Shown: positions 38,934 to 48,432, numbered from the stretch's first letter. The stretch: 64,000 bases of DNA from an uncultured Phycisphaerae bacterium (GCA_963760365.1 CAVXDC010000004.1:27452-91451), one strand, 5' to 3'. Made by a program: numbers and translations. Notes: generated by a model not told the origin, from the letters alone.

Positions 38934-39520
38934 AACCGACGATGCCATCCCCATTCCGATGGGCTATTGCGGCCATGACGGTGGCCGTCTTCGGCGCCGT
39001 TTGGGCAATGGGTTCGGAGAATCAATCATCTCCCTCCACCGCCACAGTCGCCACGAGCACCGCGGCATCGGCGGACACTCTTGAAAGAAAGCCCCTGGAA
39101 CGCGGTGGCCAAGGCGGCGGCATTGGCAACCTGTGGGACTGGGTGCAGCCTCTGGCGGCTTTAGCGATCGTGGTGGCGTTGATCTTTCTGCTGCGAGCGG
39201 TGCTGAAGCGCCTGGGGCATAGCGGGCTAGTGGCCGCAGGTGGGCGGGGCGTGCAGGTGTTGTGGCGTTCGCGCCTGAGCGGTCGGTGCGAGCTCTGTCT
39301 GGTCCAATGGGGCAAGCGGCTGCTGCTGGTGGGGATCGGAGCCGATGGGCCGGTAAAGCTCAGCGAGATTACCGACCCCCAGGAGGCTTCGGCCATGCTC
39401 GCTGAGCAGGGCAGCTCCGCCCCGGTACGCAGCGGGGCGGTCCGCGAAGTGGCTGAGAAAATCCGCTCCCGCTTGGCGAGTGATGAGGCTGTGGAAAAAG
39501 GGCGCAAAGCTGATGGGTAA
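38930..39520 (+). CDS. fliO: FliO-like flagellar biosynthesis protein
   Basis: It has a single central TM (LAALAIVVALIFLLRAV) followed by VQVLWRSRLSGRCELCLVQWGKRLLLVGIG. It sits between fliN and fliP and overlaps both. Confidence 0.55.
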   Translation: MKPTMPSPFRWAIAAMTVAVFGAVWAMGSENQSSPSTATVATSTAASADTLERKPLERGGQGGGIGNLWDWVQPLAALAIVVALIFLLRAVLKRLGHSGLVAAGGRGVQVLWRSRLSGRCELCLVQWGKRLLLVGIGADGPVKLSEITDPQEASAMLAEQGSSAPVRSGAVREVAEKIRSRLASDEAVEKGRKADG

Positions 39521-40346
39521 GGACACGTTCCATCTTGGCCGGGAACAAAGGACCCAGGCGGCCTATTTTATGATTACCGTCGCCGTTGTGGCCATCCTGC
39601 TGTCGGTCGGGACGACCTGGGCGGCGGGTGGTGAGAAGACGGCGTTGCCCGCCTCTGGACCGATGGGGGCGGGGAATGTCTTGCCGGACCTCCAAAGTCC
39701 GACCGCCGCATCCGGCCTGGCGCAATGGCTGCTGGTGATTACCGTCCTGGCTGTCGCGCCGGCGGTGGCGGTGATGGTGACGTGCTTCACGCGGATCATC
39801 GTGGTGCTTGGGTTGCTGCGGCAGGCGCTGGCGACCCAGCAACTCCCGCCCAATCAGGTCCTCTTCGGCCTGGCGCTGCTGATGACGCTGGTGGTGATGG
39901 CCCCGACCTTCACGGCCGTGCACCAGGACGCCTTGGCGCCCTACCTCGCCGGCAAGATGAGCCGCCAGGACGCCTGGCAAGCGGGCCAGAAGCACGTGCG
40001 GGCCTTCATGATCCGCCAGATCACCTCCGCCGGCAACGAGCAGGATGCGTATTTGTTCCTGGACAAGGACCTGGCCGGCAAGAGCGACCTGACCTGGAGC
40101 GATGTGCCGACGCTGTCGCTGATCCCGGCCTTTGCGATCAGCGAGCTGAAGGTGGCGTTTCTGATCGGCTTCCGCATCTATCTGCCGTTTCTGGTCATCG
40201 ACATGCTCGTGGCCTCGATGCTGATCTCGATGGGCATGCTGATGCTGCCGCCGGTGCTGATTTCCATGCCGTTCAAACTGCTGATGTTCGTGCTGGCCGA
40301 CGGGTGGCACCTGGTGGTCGGCACGCTGATGAAAAGCTTTCAGTAA
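39513..40346 (+). CDS. fliP: flagellar export apparatus protein FliP
   Basis: MVTCFTRIIVVLGLLRQALATQQLPPNQVLFGLALLMTLVVMAPT...FAISELKVAFLIGFRIYLPFLVIDMLVASMLISMGM is canonical FliP. Confidence 0.92.
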   Translation: MGKDTFHLGREQRTQAAYFMITVAVVAILLSVGTTWAAGGEKTALPASGPMGAGNVLPDLQSPTAASGLAQWLLVITVLAVAPAVAVMVTCFTRIIVVLGLLRQALATQQLPPNQVLFGLALLMTLVVMAPTFTAVHQDALAPYLAGKMSRQDAWQAGQKHVRAFMIRQITSAGNEQDAYLFLDKDLAGKSDLTWSDVPTLSLIPAFAISELKVAFLIGFRIYLPFLVIDMLVASMLISMGMLMLPPVLISMPFKLLMFVLADGWHLVVGTLMKSFQ

Positions 40347-40369
40347 GGACAGTAAGGTTAAGGACGCGG

Positions 40370-40627
40370 ATGGACGCAAGCCAGGCCATCGACCTCGCCC
40401 GCCAGGCGGCCCTGCTGACGTTGGTGGTGGCCGCTCCGGTGCTGGGGGTGGGGTTGATTGCGGCGCTGCTGGTAGGCGTGCTCCAAGCGGCCACACAGGT
40501 GCAGGAGCAGACGCTCAGCTTCGTGCCGAAGATGGCGGCTATGGTGCTGACGGCGCTCGTGGTCGGGCCTTGGATGCTGTCGCGCGTCGTGGAGTTCGCC
40601 CAGGACATGTTCGGCCAACTGCCGTGA
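40370..40627 (+). CDS. fliQ: flagellar export apparatus protein FliQ
   Basis: An 85-aa protein, MDASQAIDLARQAALLTLVVAAPVLGVGLIAALLVGVLQAATQVQEQTLSFVPK, with a typical FliQ hairpin. Confidence 0.9.
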   Translation: MDASQAIDLARQAALLTLVVAAPVLGVGLIAALLVGVLQAATQVQEQTLSFVPKMAAMVLTALVVGPWMLSRVVEFAQDMFGQLP

Positions 40628-40652
40628 ATCGCGGAACGCGGCGAAAGATGCA

Positions 40653-41435
40653 ATGAACGACTTCTCTTTCAACTCGGCCTGGTGGTACACGGCGGTGCTG
40701 GTGATGACCCGTTGCGGCGGCATTTTCCTGGTCGCACCGGTGTTTGCCCACGCCTCCGTGCCGGTCCGACTGCGCCTGGGGATGAGCATCGTGATGGGTC
40801 TGGCCGCCGTGGGACGCCTGGCCAACATGGTCACCCCGCCGGACCATTGGGCGGAACTGGCCCCCGTGCTGGCCGTCGAGGTGGCTATCGGTGCAGCCAT
40901 CGGGTACCTGGCGCGGTTGGTGTTCGTCGGCGTGGAACTGGCCGCCATGCACATCAGCCAGCAGATGGGCCTGGGCCTGGCTGAGGTGTTCGACCCGTCG
41001 AAGGAAGAAGTCTCCGAAGCTGTCAGTCGGTTGCTCCAGATGACGGCGTTAGTGATCTTCCTGGCCATCGGAGGGCACCGGACGCTGATTCAGGCGGTTC
41101 TGGGCACGTTCGAGCTGCTGCCGCCTGGTTTGAAGGGATTACCCTCCTTTGGGGTGGCGATGCAGGCAACAACGGTGATGCTGGCGATGAGTTTCCTGTT
41201 GGCGCTGAAGCTGGCCGCCCCGGTGCTGGCAGCGATCCTGATAATGACCGCTGCGGCTGGGCTGATCCAAAAAACCATGCCGCAGCTCAACATCCTGACG
41301 GTCGGGTTTCCGGTGCGAGCGATGCTGGGCCTGGCGGTGCTGGCCATGAGCCTGGCGATGTTGGCGCCGCTGCTGGAGTCTGCGGTGGGAATCCTGACGC
41401 GGCAGTGGGCGGTGGCGTTCCAGGTTGTGCGGTGA
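40653..41435 (+). CDS. fliR: flagellar export apparatus protein FliR
   Basis: A polytopic 260-aa protein between fliQ and flhB with FliR-like helices (TRCGGIFLVAPVF...). Confidence 0.85.
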   Translation: MNDFSFNSAWWYTAVLVMTRCGGIFLVAPVFAHASVPVRLRLGMSIVMGLAAVGRLANMVTPPDHWAELAPVLAVEVAIGAAIGYLARLVFVGVELAAMHISQQMGLGLAEVFDPSKEEVSEAVSRLLQMTALVIFLAIGGHRTLIQAVLGTFELLPPGLKGLPSFGVAMQATTVMLAMSFLLALKLAAPVLAAILIMTAAAGLIQKTMPQLNILTVGFPVRAMLGLAVLAMSLAMLAPLLESAVGILTRQWAVAFQVVR

Positions 41436-41447
41436 GCGAGAAGATCC

Positions 41448-42233
41448 GTGGCGGAATCCAGAGAACAGATAGGTGAGCGGACCGAACTTCCGACCCCTCT
41501 GCGCCTGGCAGAGGCCAGGCAACGCGGTTGGGTTCCCCGGAGCAGTGAGCTCGTCTCGGCCGCGGTGATGCTGGCGGCCGTGGGGGCGGCGGCGATGCTG
41601 GGCGATGGACTGCTCCAGGCCGCCAGGCGTTTGACAGCGGCGATGCTCACTGAGGCAGGAACTGTCTCCTGCACCTGGAGCGGCCAGGTCGCCGCGGCCG
41701 CCTGGGTCCTGGCCGGCAAGGCGGCGCTGATGCTGCTGATCGTGATCGCCGCAGCCATCGCTGCCAACATCGTGCAGTTTGGCCTGCTGTTTTCCGGTGA
41801 ACCGGTGCAATTGGACTTCGCCAGGCTATCGCCGGCCGCAGGGCTGAGAAAAATCCTGTCGCTTCGCTCCGTCGTGCGGGCGGGGTTTGGCGTCGTCAAG
41901 GTGCTGATGACGGCAGGCATCGCGGCCCTAGCCGTGCGGGCGGCGATATCGCAACGGCTATCAGCCGCCAGCCTGTCAGCCGCCGACTTGGCCGCTACGA
42001 TCGGCCGGCAGGTGCTTGCCGCGGCCTTGTCGATTGCCGCGGCGCTGCTGGCCGTGGCGTTGCTGGACCTGCTCTACCAACGGTGGCAATACCGCCAAGA
42101 CTTGAAGATGACCCGCCGGGAGTTCCTTGAGGACTTACGGAAGACCGAAGGCGACGAACGGATGCGGCAGCGGAGGCGGCATCTGCGGTCCCATCTCCTC
42201 TCCCGTCGTCAAGAAACGCAACGGAGCGGATAA
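41448..42233 (+). CDS. flhB: flagellar export protein FlhB, lacking the C-terminal NPTH/FlhB-CC domain
   Basis: GTG start. AESREQIGERTELPTPLRLAEARQRGWVPRSSEL is followed by four TM helices and the linker KMTRREFLEDLRKTEGDERMRQRRRHL. The ORF stops at 42233, 9 nt before the flhA ATG, about where NPTH would begin. Confidence 0.85.
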   Translation: MAESREQIGERTELPTPLRLAEARQRGWVPRSSELVSAAVMLAAVGAAAMLGDGLLQAARRLTAAMLTEAGTVSCTWSGQVAAAAWVLAGKAALMLLIVIAAAIAANIVQFGLLFSGEPVQLDFARLSPAAGLRKILSLRSVVRAGFGVVKVLMTAGIAALAVRAAISQRLSAASLSAADLAATIGRQVLAAALSIAAALLAVALLDLLYQRWQYRQDLKMTRREFLEDLRKTEGDERMRQRRRHLRSHLLSRRQETQRSG

Positions 42234-42242
42234 ACCCCCGCG

Positions 42243-44384
42243 ATGCAAGGACGCGCGATGTCGAAAACGTCGACCATGCAGAAACTTCAAGCCGTCGTCG
42301 GCGCCATGGCACGATATCAGGGTCTGATCCTGCCCGTGGCGGTCGCGGCGATGGTGCTGGTGATCCTGGTGCCGCTGCCACCGGGACTGATGAACGTCCT
42401 GCTGATGGGCAACATCGCCCTGGCGGTCGTCATCCTACTGATGACGGTTTTCGTAGCTGGTCCGCCGGAGTTCAGCGTGTTTCCTTCGCTGCTGCTGGGG
42501 GTCACGCTGTTGCGATTGGTGCTGAACCTGGCCGCCACGCGGCTGATCCTGACCTGTGGCGCCGACGGACGGACGATCACCCAGGCCCAGGGGGCCGCGG
42601 GGGCGGTACTGTGGTCCTTCGGGCAGTTCGTCACGTCCGGATCGCTGGCGGTGGGCATCGTCCTGTTTGCGATCTTGGTGATCGTGCAGTTGGCGGTGGT
42701 GACCAAGGGCGCCGCCCGCATCAGCGAGGTGGCCGCCCGGTTCGTCCTGGACGCCATGCCGGGCAAGCAGATGGCCATCGACGCCGACCTGGCCGCCTCG
42801 CTGATCACGCCCGAGCAGGCTCACCAGCGACGCCAGACCATCGCCCGCGAGGCGGACTTCTACGGAGCAATGGACGGGGCGTCCAAGTTCCTTCGCGGCG
42901 ATGCCGTCGCCGCCATCCTGATCCTGCTGGTCAACGTCCTGGGCGGGTTGTACGTTGGTCTGGGACAATACGGATGGAATTTGTCCACGACCGCCGAGCT
43001 GTTTGTCCGCCTGACCATCGGGCTGGGGTTGGTGACGCAGATCCCGGCCTTGCTGGTCGCGATTGCGGCGGCGCTGATGGTCTCGCGGAGCAACATCGAG
43101 GCCGATCTGGGCAGGCAAGTTGTCTCGCAGCTCACCGCCAGGCCTGTCGCCTTGGTGATTGCGGCAGCGCTGCTGGCGGCAATGATGATCACCTCGCTGC
43201 CGAAGCTGCCTTTGCTGCTGCTGGGCGGCGGTTGTCTGGGCCTGGCGCTGGTCCTTCGGCGCCGCAGGCAGGTCGCGCCCGCCAGCGAAGAACGCGACAA
43301 ACCAGCACCGCCCAGCGCCCCGCCCGTTCAGAACGTCCGCAATCTGCTGGCCGTGGACGCGATGCGGATCGAACTGGGCTTTGCCTTGATTGGCCTGGTG
43401 GACTCCCCTCAGCCAGACGGTCTGCTGAACCGCATCGCCGCCCTTCGCCGCCGGATCGCCGCGGAACTCGGCCTGGTCCTGCCGCCCATTCGCATCCGCG
43501 ACAACATGGAGATGGACTCCCGCGACTACGCCCTCTGCATCCGCGGCGCGAAGGTCGCCTCGGGCAAACTGTACCCCCGTCAGGTCATGGCCATCGGCTC
43601 GACGGACCTGGCCGAAGCCCACGGAGAAGAAGCCGCCAGCGTCCTGATGGGTCGGCCGATCACGGAACCGACCTTCGGCGGTTGGGCGATGTGGATCAAT
43701 CCTTCGCAGCGGGGGAGGGCTGAGACGATGGGCTATGCGGTGGCCGACTGCACCGACGTGCTGATGATGCACCTGGCCGAGACTATCCGCCGCCACGCCG
43801 CCGAACTCCTCGGCCGACAGCAGGTGGCGGAGCTTCTGGACAACCTCAAGGCCACCGCTTCCAGCCTGGTGGCCGAAGTTACCGCCAGGCTGACCCCCGC
43901 GCAGATTCACAAGGTGCTCCAGAACCTCCTGCGGGAGCGCGTATCCATCCGCGACCTGGAGGCGATCCTGGAGTCCCTGTGCGACGCGGCCTGCCAGACC
44001 AGCCAGGTGGAAGCGCTGACCGAGCACGTCCGCTCGGCCCTCGGCCGATCGCTGTGCCAACAGTTCTGCGATCGCGACGGCAAGCTGTCATGCGTTCATC
44101 TGTCGCCGGCCTTGGAGCAGGAGCTGGGCGCCTACGTCGCCGAAGGACCGGCTTACAGCACCGCGGGCATCCCGCCGGACGTGGGCAAGGCCGTCTCGAA
44201 GGCTCTGGGCGACGGCCTGGTGTCTCTTGCCAAGCAAGGTCGTCGGCCGGTGGTGGTCTGTGCCCCACAGATCCGGCCGGTGATCCGCAAGCTGCTGGCC
44301 GGCGCTGTACCCGAGGCGGTTGTTCTGGGCTACAACGAGATCAATTCGGTGAAAGTGGAGTCGCTTGCCAGTTTAGGGATTTGA
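42243..44384 (+). CDS. flhA: flagellar export apparatus protein FlhA
   Basis: Intact 713-aa ORF. It has the N-terminal TM domain (FPSLLLGVTLLRLVLNLAATRLIL..., FVLDAMPGKQMAIDADL) and the cytoplasmic C-domain. An alternative ATG lies at 42258. Confidence 0.95.
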   Translation: MQGRAMSKTSTMQKLQAVVGAMARYQGLILPVAVAAMVLVILVPLPPGLMNVLLMGNIALAVVILLMTVFVAGPPEFSVFPSLLLGVTLLRLVLNLAATRLILTCGADGRTITQAQGAAGAVLWSFGQFVTSGSLAVGIVLFAILVIVQLAVVTKGAARISEVAARFVLDAMPGKQMAIDADLAASLITPEQAHQRRQTIAREADFYGAMDGASKFLRGDAVAAILILLVNVLGGLYVGLGQYGWNLSTTAELFVRLTIGLGLVTQIPALLVAIAAALMVSRSNIEADLGRQVVSQLTARPVALVIAAALLAAMMITSLPKLPLLLLGGGCLGLALVLRRRRQVAPASEERDKPAPPSAPPVQNVRNLLAVDAMRIELGFALIGLVDSPQPDGLLNRIAALRRRIAAELGLVLPPIRIRDNMEMDSRDYALCIRGAKVASGKLYPRQVMAIGSTDLAEAHGEEAASVLMGRPITEPTFGGWAMWINPSQRGRAETMGYAVADCTDVLMMHLAETIRRHAAELLGRQQVAELLDNLKATASSLVAEVTARLTPAQIHKVLQNLLRERVSIRDLEAILESLCDAACQTSQVEALTEHVRSALGRSLCQQFCDRDGKLSCVHLSPALEQELGAYVAEGPAYSTAGIPPDVGKAVSKALGDGLVSLAKQGRRPVVVCAPQIRPVIRKLLAGAVPEAVVLGYNEINSVKVESLASLGI

Positions 44385-44387
44385 GCC

Positions 44388-45583
44388 ATGGAAACGAAGA
44401 CTTACTGTGCCCCCTCGATGGCCGAGGCGCTAGCCGAGGTGAAGCGAGACCTCGGCCGGGACGCCGTGATTATGCACACCCGCTACTTCCGCAAGGGTGG
44501 GTGGCTGGGCATCGGTGGCCGGCCGATGTGGGAGATCACCGCTTCCTCCCAGGTGAACGTCCCGCTACGCCTGCCTTCAGGCCGATACGTGCCTGTGCCT
44601 CCCTCCGACGTCCTGGCCTTGCCTTCCGGAGGTCTCGCAGCCGCGGACGCCGGCACCACTGACACCCTCAGCGAGGCGCTATGCCAGAGGATGGGAGAGA
44701 TCCACCACATGGTGGCTAGGCTGCTCAGCCGCACGAGCGAACCTTTGTCCGGGAAAGCGACCCTGGCCGTGCCGGAGACCCTTCCCGAAGAACTCACCTC
44801 CTGGCGTTCGCACCTCTTGCGTCAGGAACTGGCTGAAGAAACGGTGAACCAATTGATGGAGCAGCTTCGCAAGGACCTGACGGCCGAGGAGATGACCCGC
44901 GCCGCCACGGTCCGCCAACGCCTCGTGGACCTGATTTCCGCGCCATCCCCACGGCCGACGTGAACGTGCCGTCGGCGACGGGTCGGCCCCGCGTGATTGT
45001 CCTGATCGGTCCGACCGGCGTCGGCAAGACCACAACCATCGCCAAGCTGGCCGCCCGCTACAAGCTCGCTGCCAACCGGCGGGTAGGACTGATTACCATC
45101 GACACGTATCGCATCGCGGCGGTCAACCAGCTCAAGACCTACGCCCAGATTATCGAGGTGCCGCTGCGGACGGTGCTCAGGCCGGCGGAGCTGTCTGAGG
45201 CAATCGCCTCCATGGCTGAGCAGGACTTGCTGCTCATCGACACCGCCGGGCGCAGCCCCGCCGACGCCCCGCGGCTACGTCAGATGCAAAGCTTCCTGGA
45301 AGCGGCGCAGGCGGACGAGGTGCACCTGGTCGTGTCGGTGACGGCGGGGCCCTCCTGTGCCGCACGGGTCATCGAGAACTTCATGCCTCTGGGCGCCAAC
45401 CGGTTGATCCTATCGAAGCTTGATGAGGCGGGGACCTTTGGTATGCTGCTGAACATCGCCTCCGCCGCCAAAGCCGCGCTGAGCTTCGTGACTACCGGCC
45501 AGGAAGTTCCGGACGATATCGCCCCGGCCAATCCCCGGCACCTGGCGGAACTGATTGTGGGAGAAGAGACGTATGGCGCTTGA
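44388..45583 (+). CDS. flhF: flagellar biosynthesis GTPase FlhF, one apparent frameshift near 44940
   Basis: The N-terminal B-domain is METKTYCAPSMAEALAEVKRDLGRDAVIMHTR. The SRP-type G-domain has VIVLIGPTGVGKTTTIAKLA, DTYRIAA and LLIDTAGRS. The two ORFs (44388-44963 and 44960-45583) differ by one frame. Confidence 0.85.
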
Positions 45584-46421
45584 AGACCAGGCTGGCAAAC
45601 TGCGTCGGTTAATGCAGCAGGCGCGACGCACGCGCACCATCGCCGTGACCAGCGGCAAAGGCGGCGTTGGCAAGAGCAACGTGGCATTGAACCTGGCCAT
45701 CCTACTCTCGGCGGCGGGCCATCGCGTGGCCCTGGTGGACGCCGACCTGGGACTGGCCAACATCGACGTCCTGGTAGACGTGAACGTGCGGAGCAACCTA
45801 TCGCACGTTATCGCCGGGCTGAAGCGGCTGGAGGAAATCGTCGTGGACTTGCCCAGCGGCGTGCAGTTCGTCCCCGGCGCCAGCGGGCTGACCCGGCTTG
45901 CTCGTCTGTCGGACTTTCAACGGGCTCAACTGCTGAAGGACTTGACCGCCCTGGAGGCCGACAACGACATTATCGTCATCGACACGGCCGCGGGCATCGG
46001 CCCGGACGTCGTCCAGTTGTCCATCAGCGCTGACAACGTCCTGGTCGTGACCACGCCGGAACCCCCGGCCGTCACGGATAGCTACGCCATGACCAAAGTC
46101 CTGGTCCGCAGCGGCTACAACGGACACATCAGCCTGCTGGTCAACTTCGTGGCCAACCGCCATGAGGCCCGCACGACTTTCGCGCGGATCTCTGGCGTCG
46201 CACGGCAGTTCCTTGGCACCGTTGTGTACGACGCTGGCTACGTCCTGACGGATCCCAAAGTCCCCGAGGCCGTCCGAAAACGCGAACCCGTGGTGCTGGC
46301 ATACCCAAAATGCCCAGCCAGTCAGTGCCTGGTGGCATTGGCGACAAAGCTGTCCGCCGGGGGTGCCCTTGTATCCAGAAAAGAAGGTTTTTTCAGCAGG
46401 GTCGCCAACTGGTTTGCATAA
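45573..46421 (+). CDS. flhG: MinD/ParA-type ATPase FlhG (FleN/YlxH)
   Basis: It has the deviant Walker A TSGKGGVGKSNVALNLA. It lies directly after flhF with an 11-nt overlap. Confidence 0.88.
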   Translation: MALEDQAGKLRRLMQQARRTRTIAVTSGKGGVGKSNVALNLAILLSAAGHRVALVDADLGLANIDVLVDVNVRSNLSHVIAGLKRLEEIVVDLPSGVQFVPGASGLTRLARLSDFQRAQLLKDLTALEADNDIIVIDTAAGIGPDVVQLSISADNVLVVTTPEPPAVTDSYAMTKVLVRSGYNGHISLLVNFVANRHEARTTFARISGVARQFLGTVVYDAGYVLTDPKVPEAVRKREPVVLAYPKCPASQCLVALATKLSAGGALVSRKEGFFSRVANWFA

Positions 46422-46511
46422 CCATTTATTCTGAAAAGAGTTGGGGGCATGGATGCCACCAAAAAATATCATCTTCCTCTTAAAACCCTTAGGAAAAACA
46501 AGGATTTTACC

Positions 46512-46539
46512 TTGACATATCTGATGGTATGCGTAGAAT
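46512..46539 (+). promoter_or_regulatory. sigma70-type promoter for fliA (TTGACA-N16-TAGAAT)
   Basis: Near-consensus hexamers were read directly in the AT-rich 227-bp spacer between flhG and fliA. Confidence 0.5.
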
Positions 46540-46648
46540 AGAAAAAATGCATAAAATACATAATATGGGTAATTCAATTGCAAATACACACTGAGGACAG
46601 CAAAGACTGGCTGCAAAACGCGATCAAGGACGATCCAAAGGAGCCAGC

Positions 46649-47440
46649 ATGAAGGTCAACGAAACTAAGACCAGCACGGATCAAGTCCAACAGTGGTGGA
46701 AAGCGTACCGCAAAGACAGGGATGAGGAGGCCAGGAACCGCCTGATGGAGCACTATCTGCCGATCGTCAAGTATACGGCCGAGAGACTGTACTCCAAACT
46801 GCCGAATGAAGTGGACATGGACGATCTGGTGTCCACCGGCATCTTCGGGCTTATGGACGCCATCTCGGCCTTTGACGAGAAGCGCGGAGTAAAGTTCGAG
46901 ACCTATTGCGCGCCTCGAATCCGCGGGGCGATGCTGGACGAGCTGCGCTCAATGGACTGGGTGCCTCGGCTAGTCCGCAGCCGGGCCCACAAGCTCAATG
47001 AGGCCCGTCACGAGCTGGAGGTGCAGCTAGGGCGCCGGCCGGACGATGGGGAGCTAGCCAAGAGGATGCGGATGCCCATGCGGGAGTTCCGCAAGCTCCA
47101 GCGCGACGCTCGCGCCGTGGGGTTGGTCAGCTTGAGCCGCAAGTGGTTTGAGACCGATTCGCACAAGGACGTCCGCGAGATCGACGTGCTGGAGGACAAA
47201 AAAAGCGACGATCCGCTTCGGACGGCGACCCGCAAGGACATCAAGGACCTGATGACCCGCGGACTGAGCCGGGCCGAGCGGCTGATTATCATCCTGTACT
47301 ACTTCGAAGAAATGACCATGAAGGAGATCGGGGAGACGTTGGACTTATCCGAAAGCCGCGTCAGCCAGATGCACTCGGCTATCCTGACCAGGCTGCGGCG
47401 CCAACTGGAGAAGCGACGCAAGGAACTCTCGACCGTGTGA
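46649..47440 (+). CDS. fliA: flagellar sigma factor FliA (sigma-28/WhiG family)
   Basis: Region 2 is LVSTGIFGLMDAISAFDEKRGVKFETYCAPRIRGAMLDELR. Region 4 is LSRAERLIIILYYFEEMTMKEIGETLDLSESRVSQMH. Confidence 0.9.
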   Translation: MKVNETKTSTDQVQQWWKAYRKDRDEEARNRLMEHYLPIVKYTAERLYSKLPNEVDMDDLVSTGIFGLMDAISAFDEKRGVKFETYCAPRIRGAMLDELRSMDWVPRLVRSRAHKLNEARHELEVQLGRRPDDGELAKRMRMPMREFRKLQRDARAVGLVSLSRKWFETDSHKDVREIDVLEDKKSDDPLRTATRKDIKDLMTRGLSRAERLIIILYYFEEMTMKEIGETLDLSESRVSQMHSAILTRLRRQLEKRRKELSTV

Positions 47441-47573
47441 ATCTTCCAGGGCCTATGGAACCGCGCGGCGGGATTGGGATTTTACCGCAATTTTCTTTTC
47501 TAGGGTTATGGGGTGTTGTGCAGGCCGGAGGGAGACTCTGTATAATGGCCAGGCCTATCTGAGGAACACTCTC

Positions 47574-48410
47574 ATGCGCTTCACGAAGATGCACGGTACC
47601 GGCAACGATTACGTTTACGTAGACTGCCTGAGCCAGCACGTCAACGATCCCATGAATTTAGCCAGGGCCGTCAGCGACCGGCATTGCGGCATCGGCAGCG
47701 ACGGGCTGGTGCTGTTGTTGCCCTCAGCCATCGCCGACGTGCGGATGCGGATGTTCAACGCCGATGGGAGCGAGGCCGAGATGTGCGGTAACGGCATCCG
47801 CTGCCTGGCCAAGTTCGCCTACGACCACGGCCTAGTGCGCGTGAACCCGATGCGCGTGGAGACCGACGCGGGCGTCAAGGTCCTGGACCTGACCATCGGG
47901 CCGGATGGAAAAGTTTCAGCGGCCACCGTGGACATGGGCGAGCCGGCCCTCCATCCCAAAGTCATCCCCGTCGCCATCGAAGGGGACCGGGCCGTGGACG
48001 TGCCGATCTCGGCCGGGGGGACGAAGTTCCGCATGACCTGCGTGTCGATGGGCAACCCCCACGCAGTAATCTACGTGGAAGACGTCTCGGCCGTGGACCT
48101 CCAGAAGGTGGGACCGGAGCTGGAGCATCACGCGATGTTCCCCAACCGCGTCAACGTACAATTCGTCCAGGTGCAATCCGCCGGTGAGGTGACCATGCGC
48201 ACCTGGGAGCGCGGCAGCGGCGCCACGATGGCCTGTGGGACAGGCGCCTCGGCCGTGTGCGTAGCAGGCGTGCTGACCGACCGAAGCGGGCGGGACATCC
48301 GGGCGCACCTACCCGGCGGTGACCTTCGTGTGGTCTGGCGGCAGGACAACAACCATGTGTATCTGACCGGCCCGGCTGTGGAAGTCTTCAGTGGCGACTG
48401 GCCAAGCTGA
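47574..48410 (+). CDS. dapF: diaminopimelate epimerase
   Basis: MRFTKMHGTGNDYVYVD...MRMFNADGSEAEMCGNGIRC...TWERGSGATMACGTGASA contains both catalytic Cys motifs. Confidence 0.92.
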   Translation: MRFTKMHGTGNDYVYVDCLSQHVNDPMNLARAVSDRHCGIGSDGLVLLLPSAIADVRMRMFNADGSEAEMCGNGIRCLAKFAYDHGLVRVNPMRVETDAGVKVLDLTIGPDGKVSAATVDMGEPALHPKVIPVAIEGDRAVDVPISAGGTKFRMTCVSMGNPHAVIYVEDVSAVDLQKVGPELEHHAMFPNRVNVQFVQVQSAGEVTMRTWERGSGATMACGTGASAVCVAGVLTDRSGRDIRAHLPGGDLRVVWRQDNNHVYLTGPAVEVFSGDWPS

Positions 48411-48432
48411 CCGGTCGAAAGGCACAGCCATT

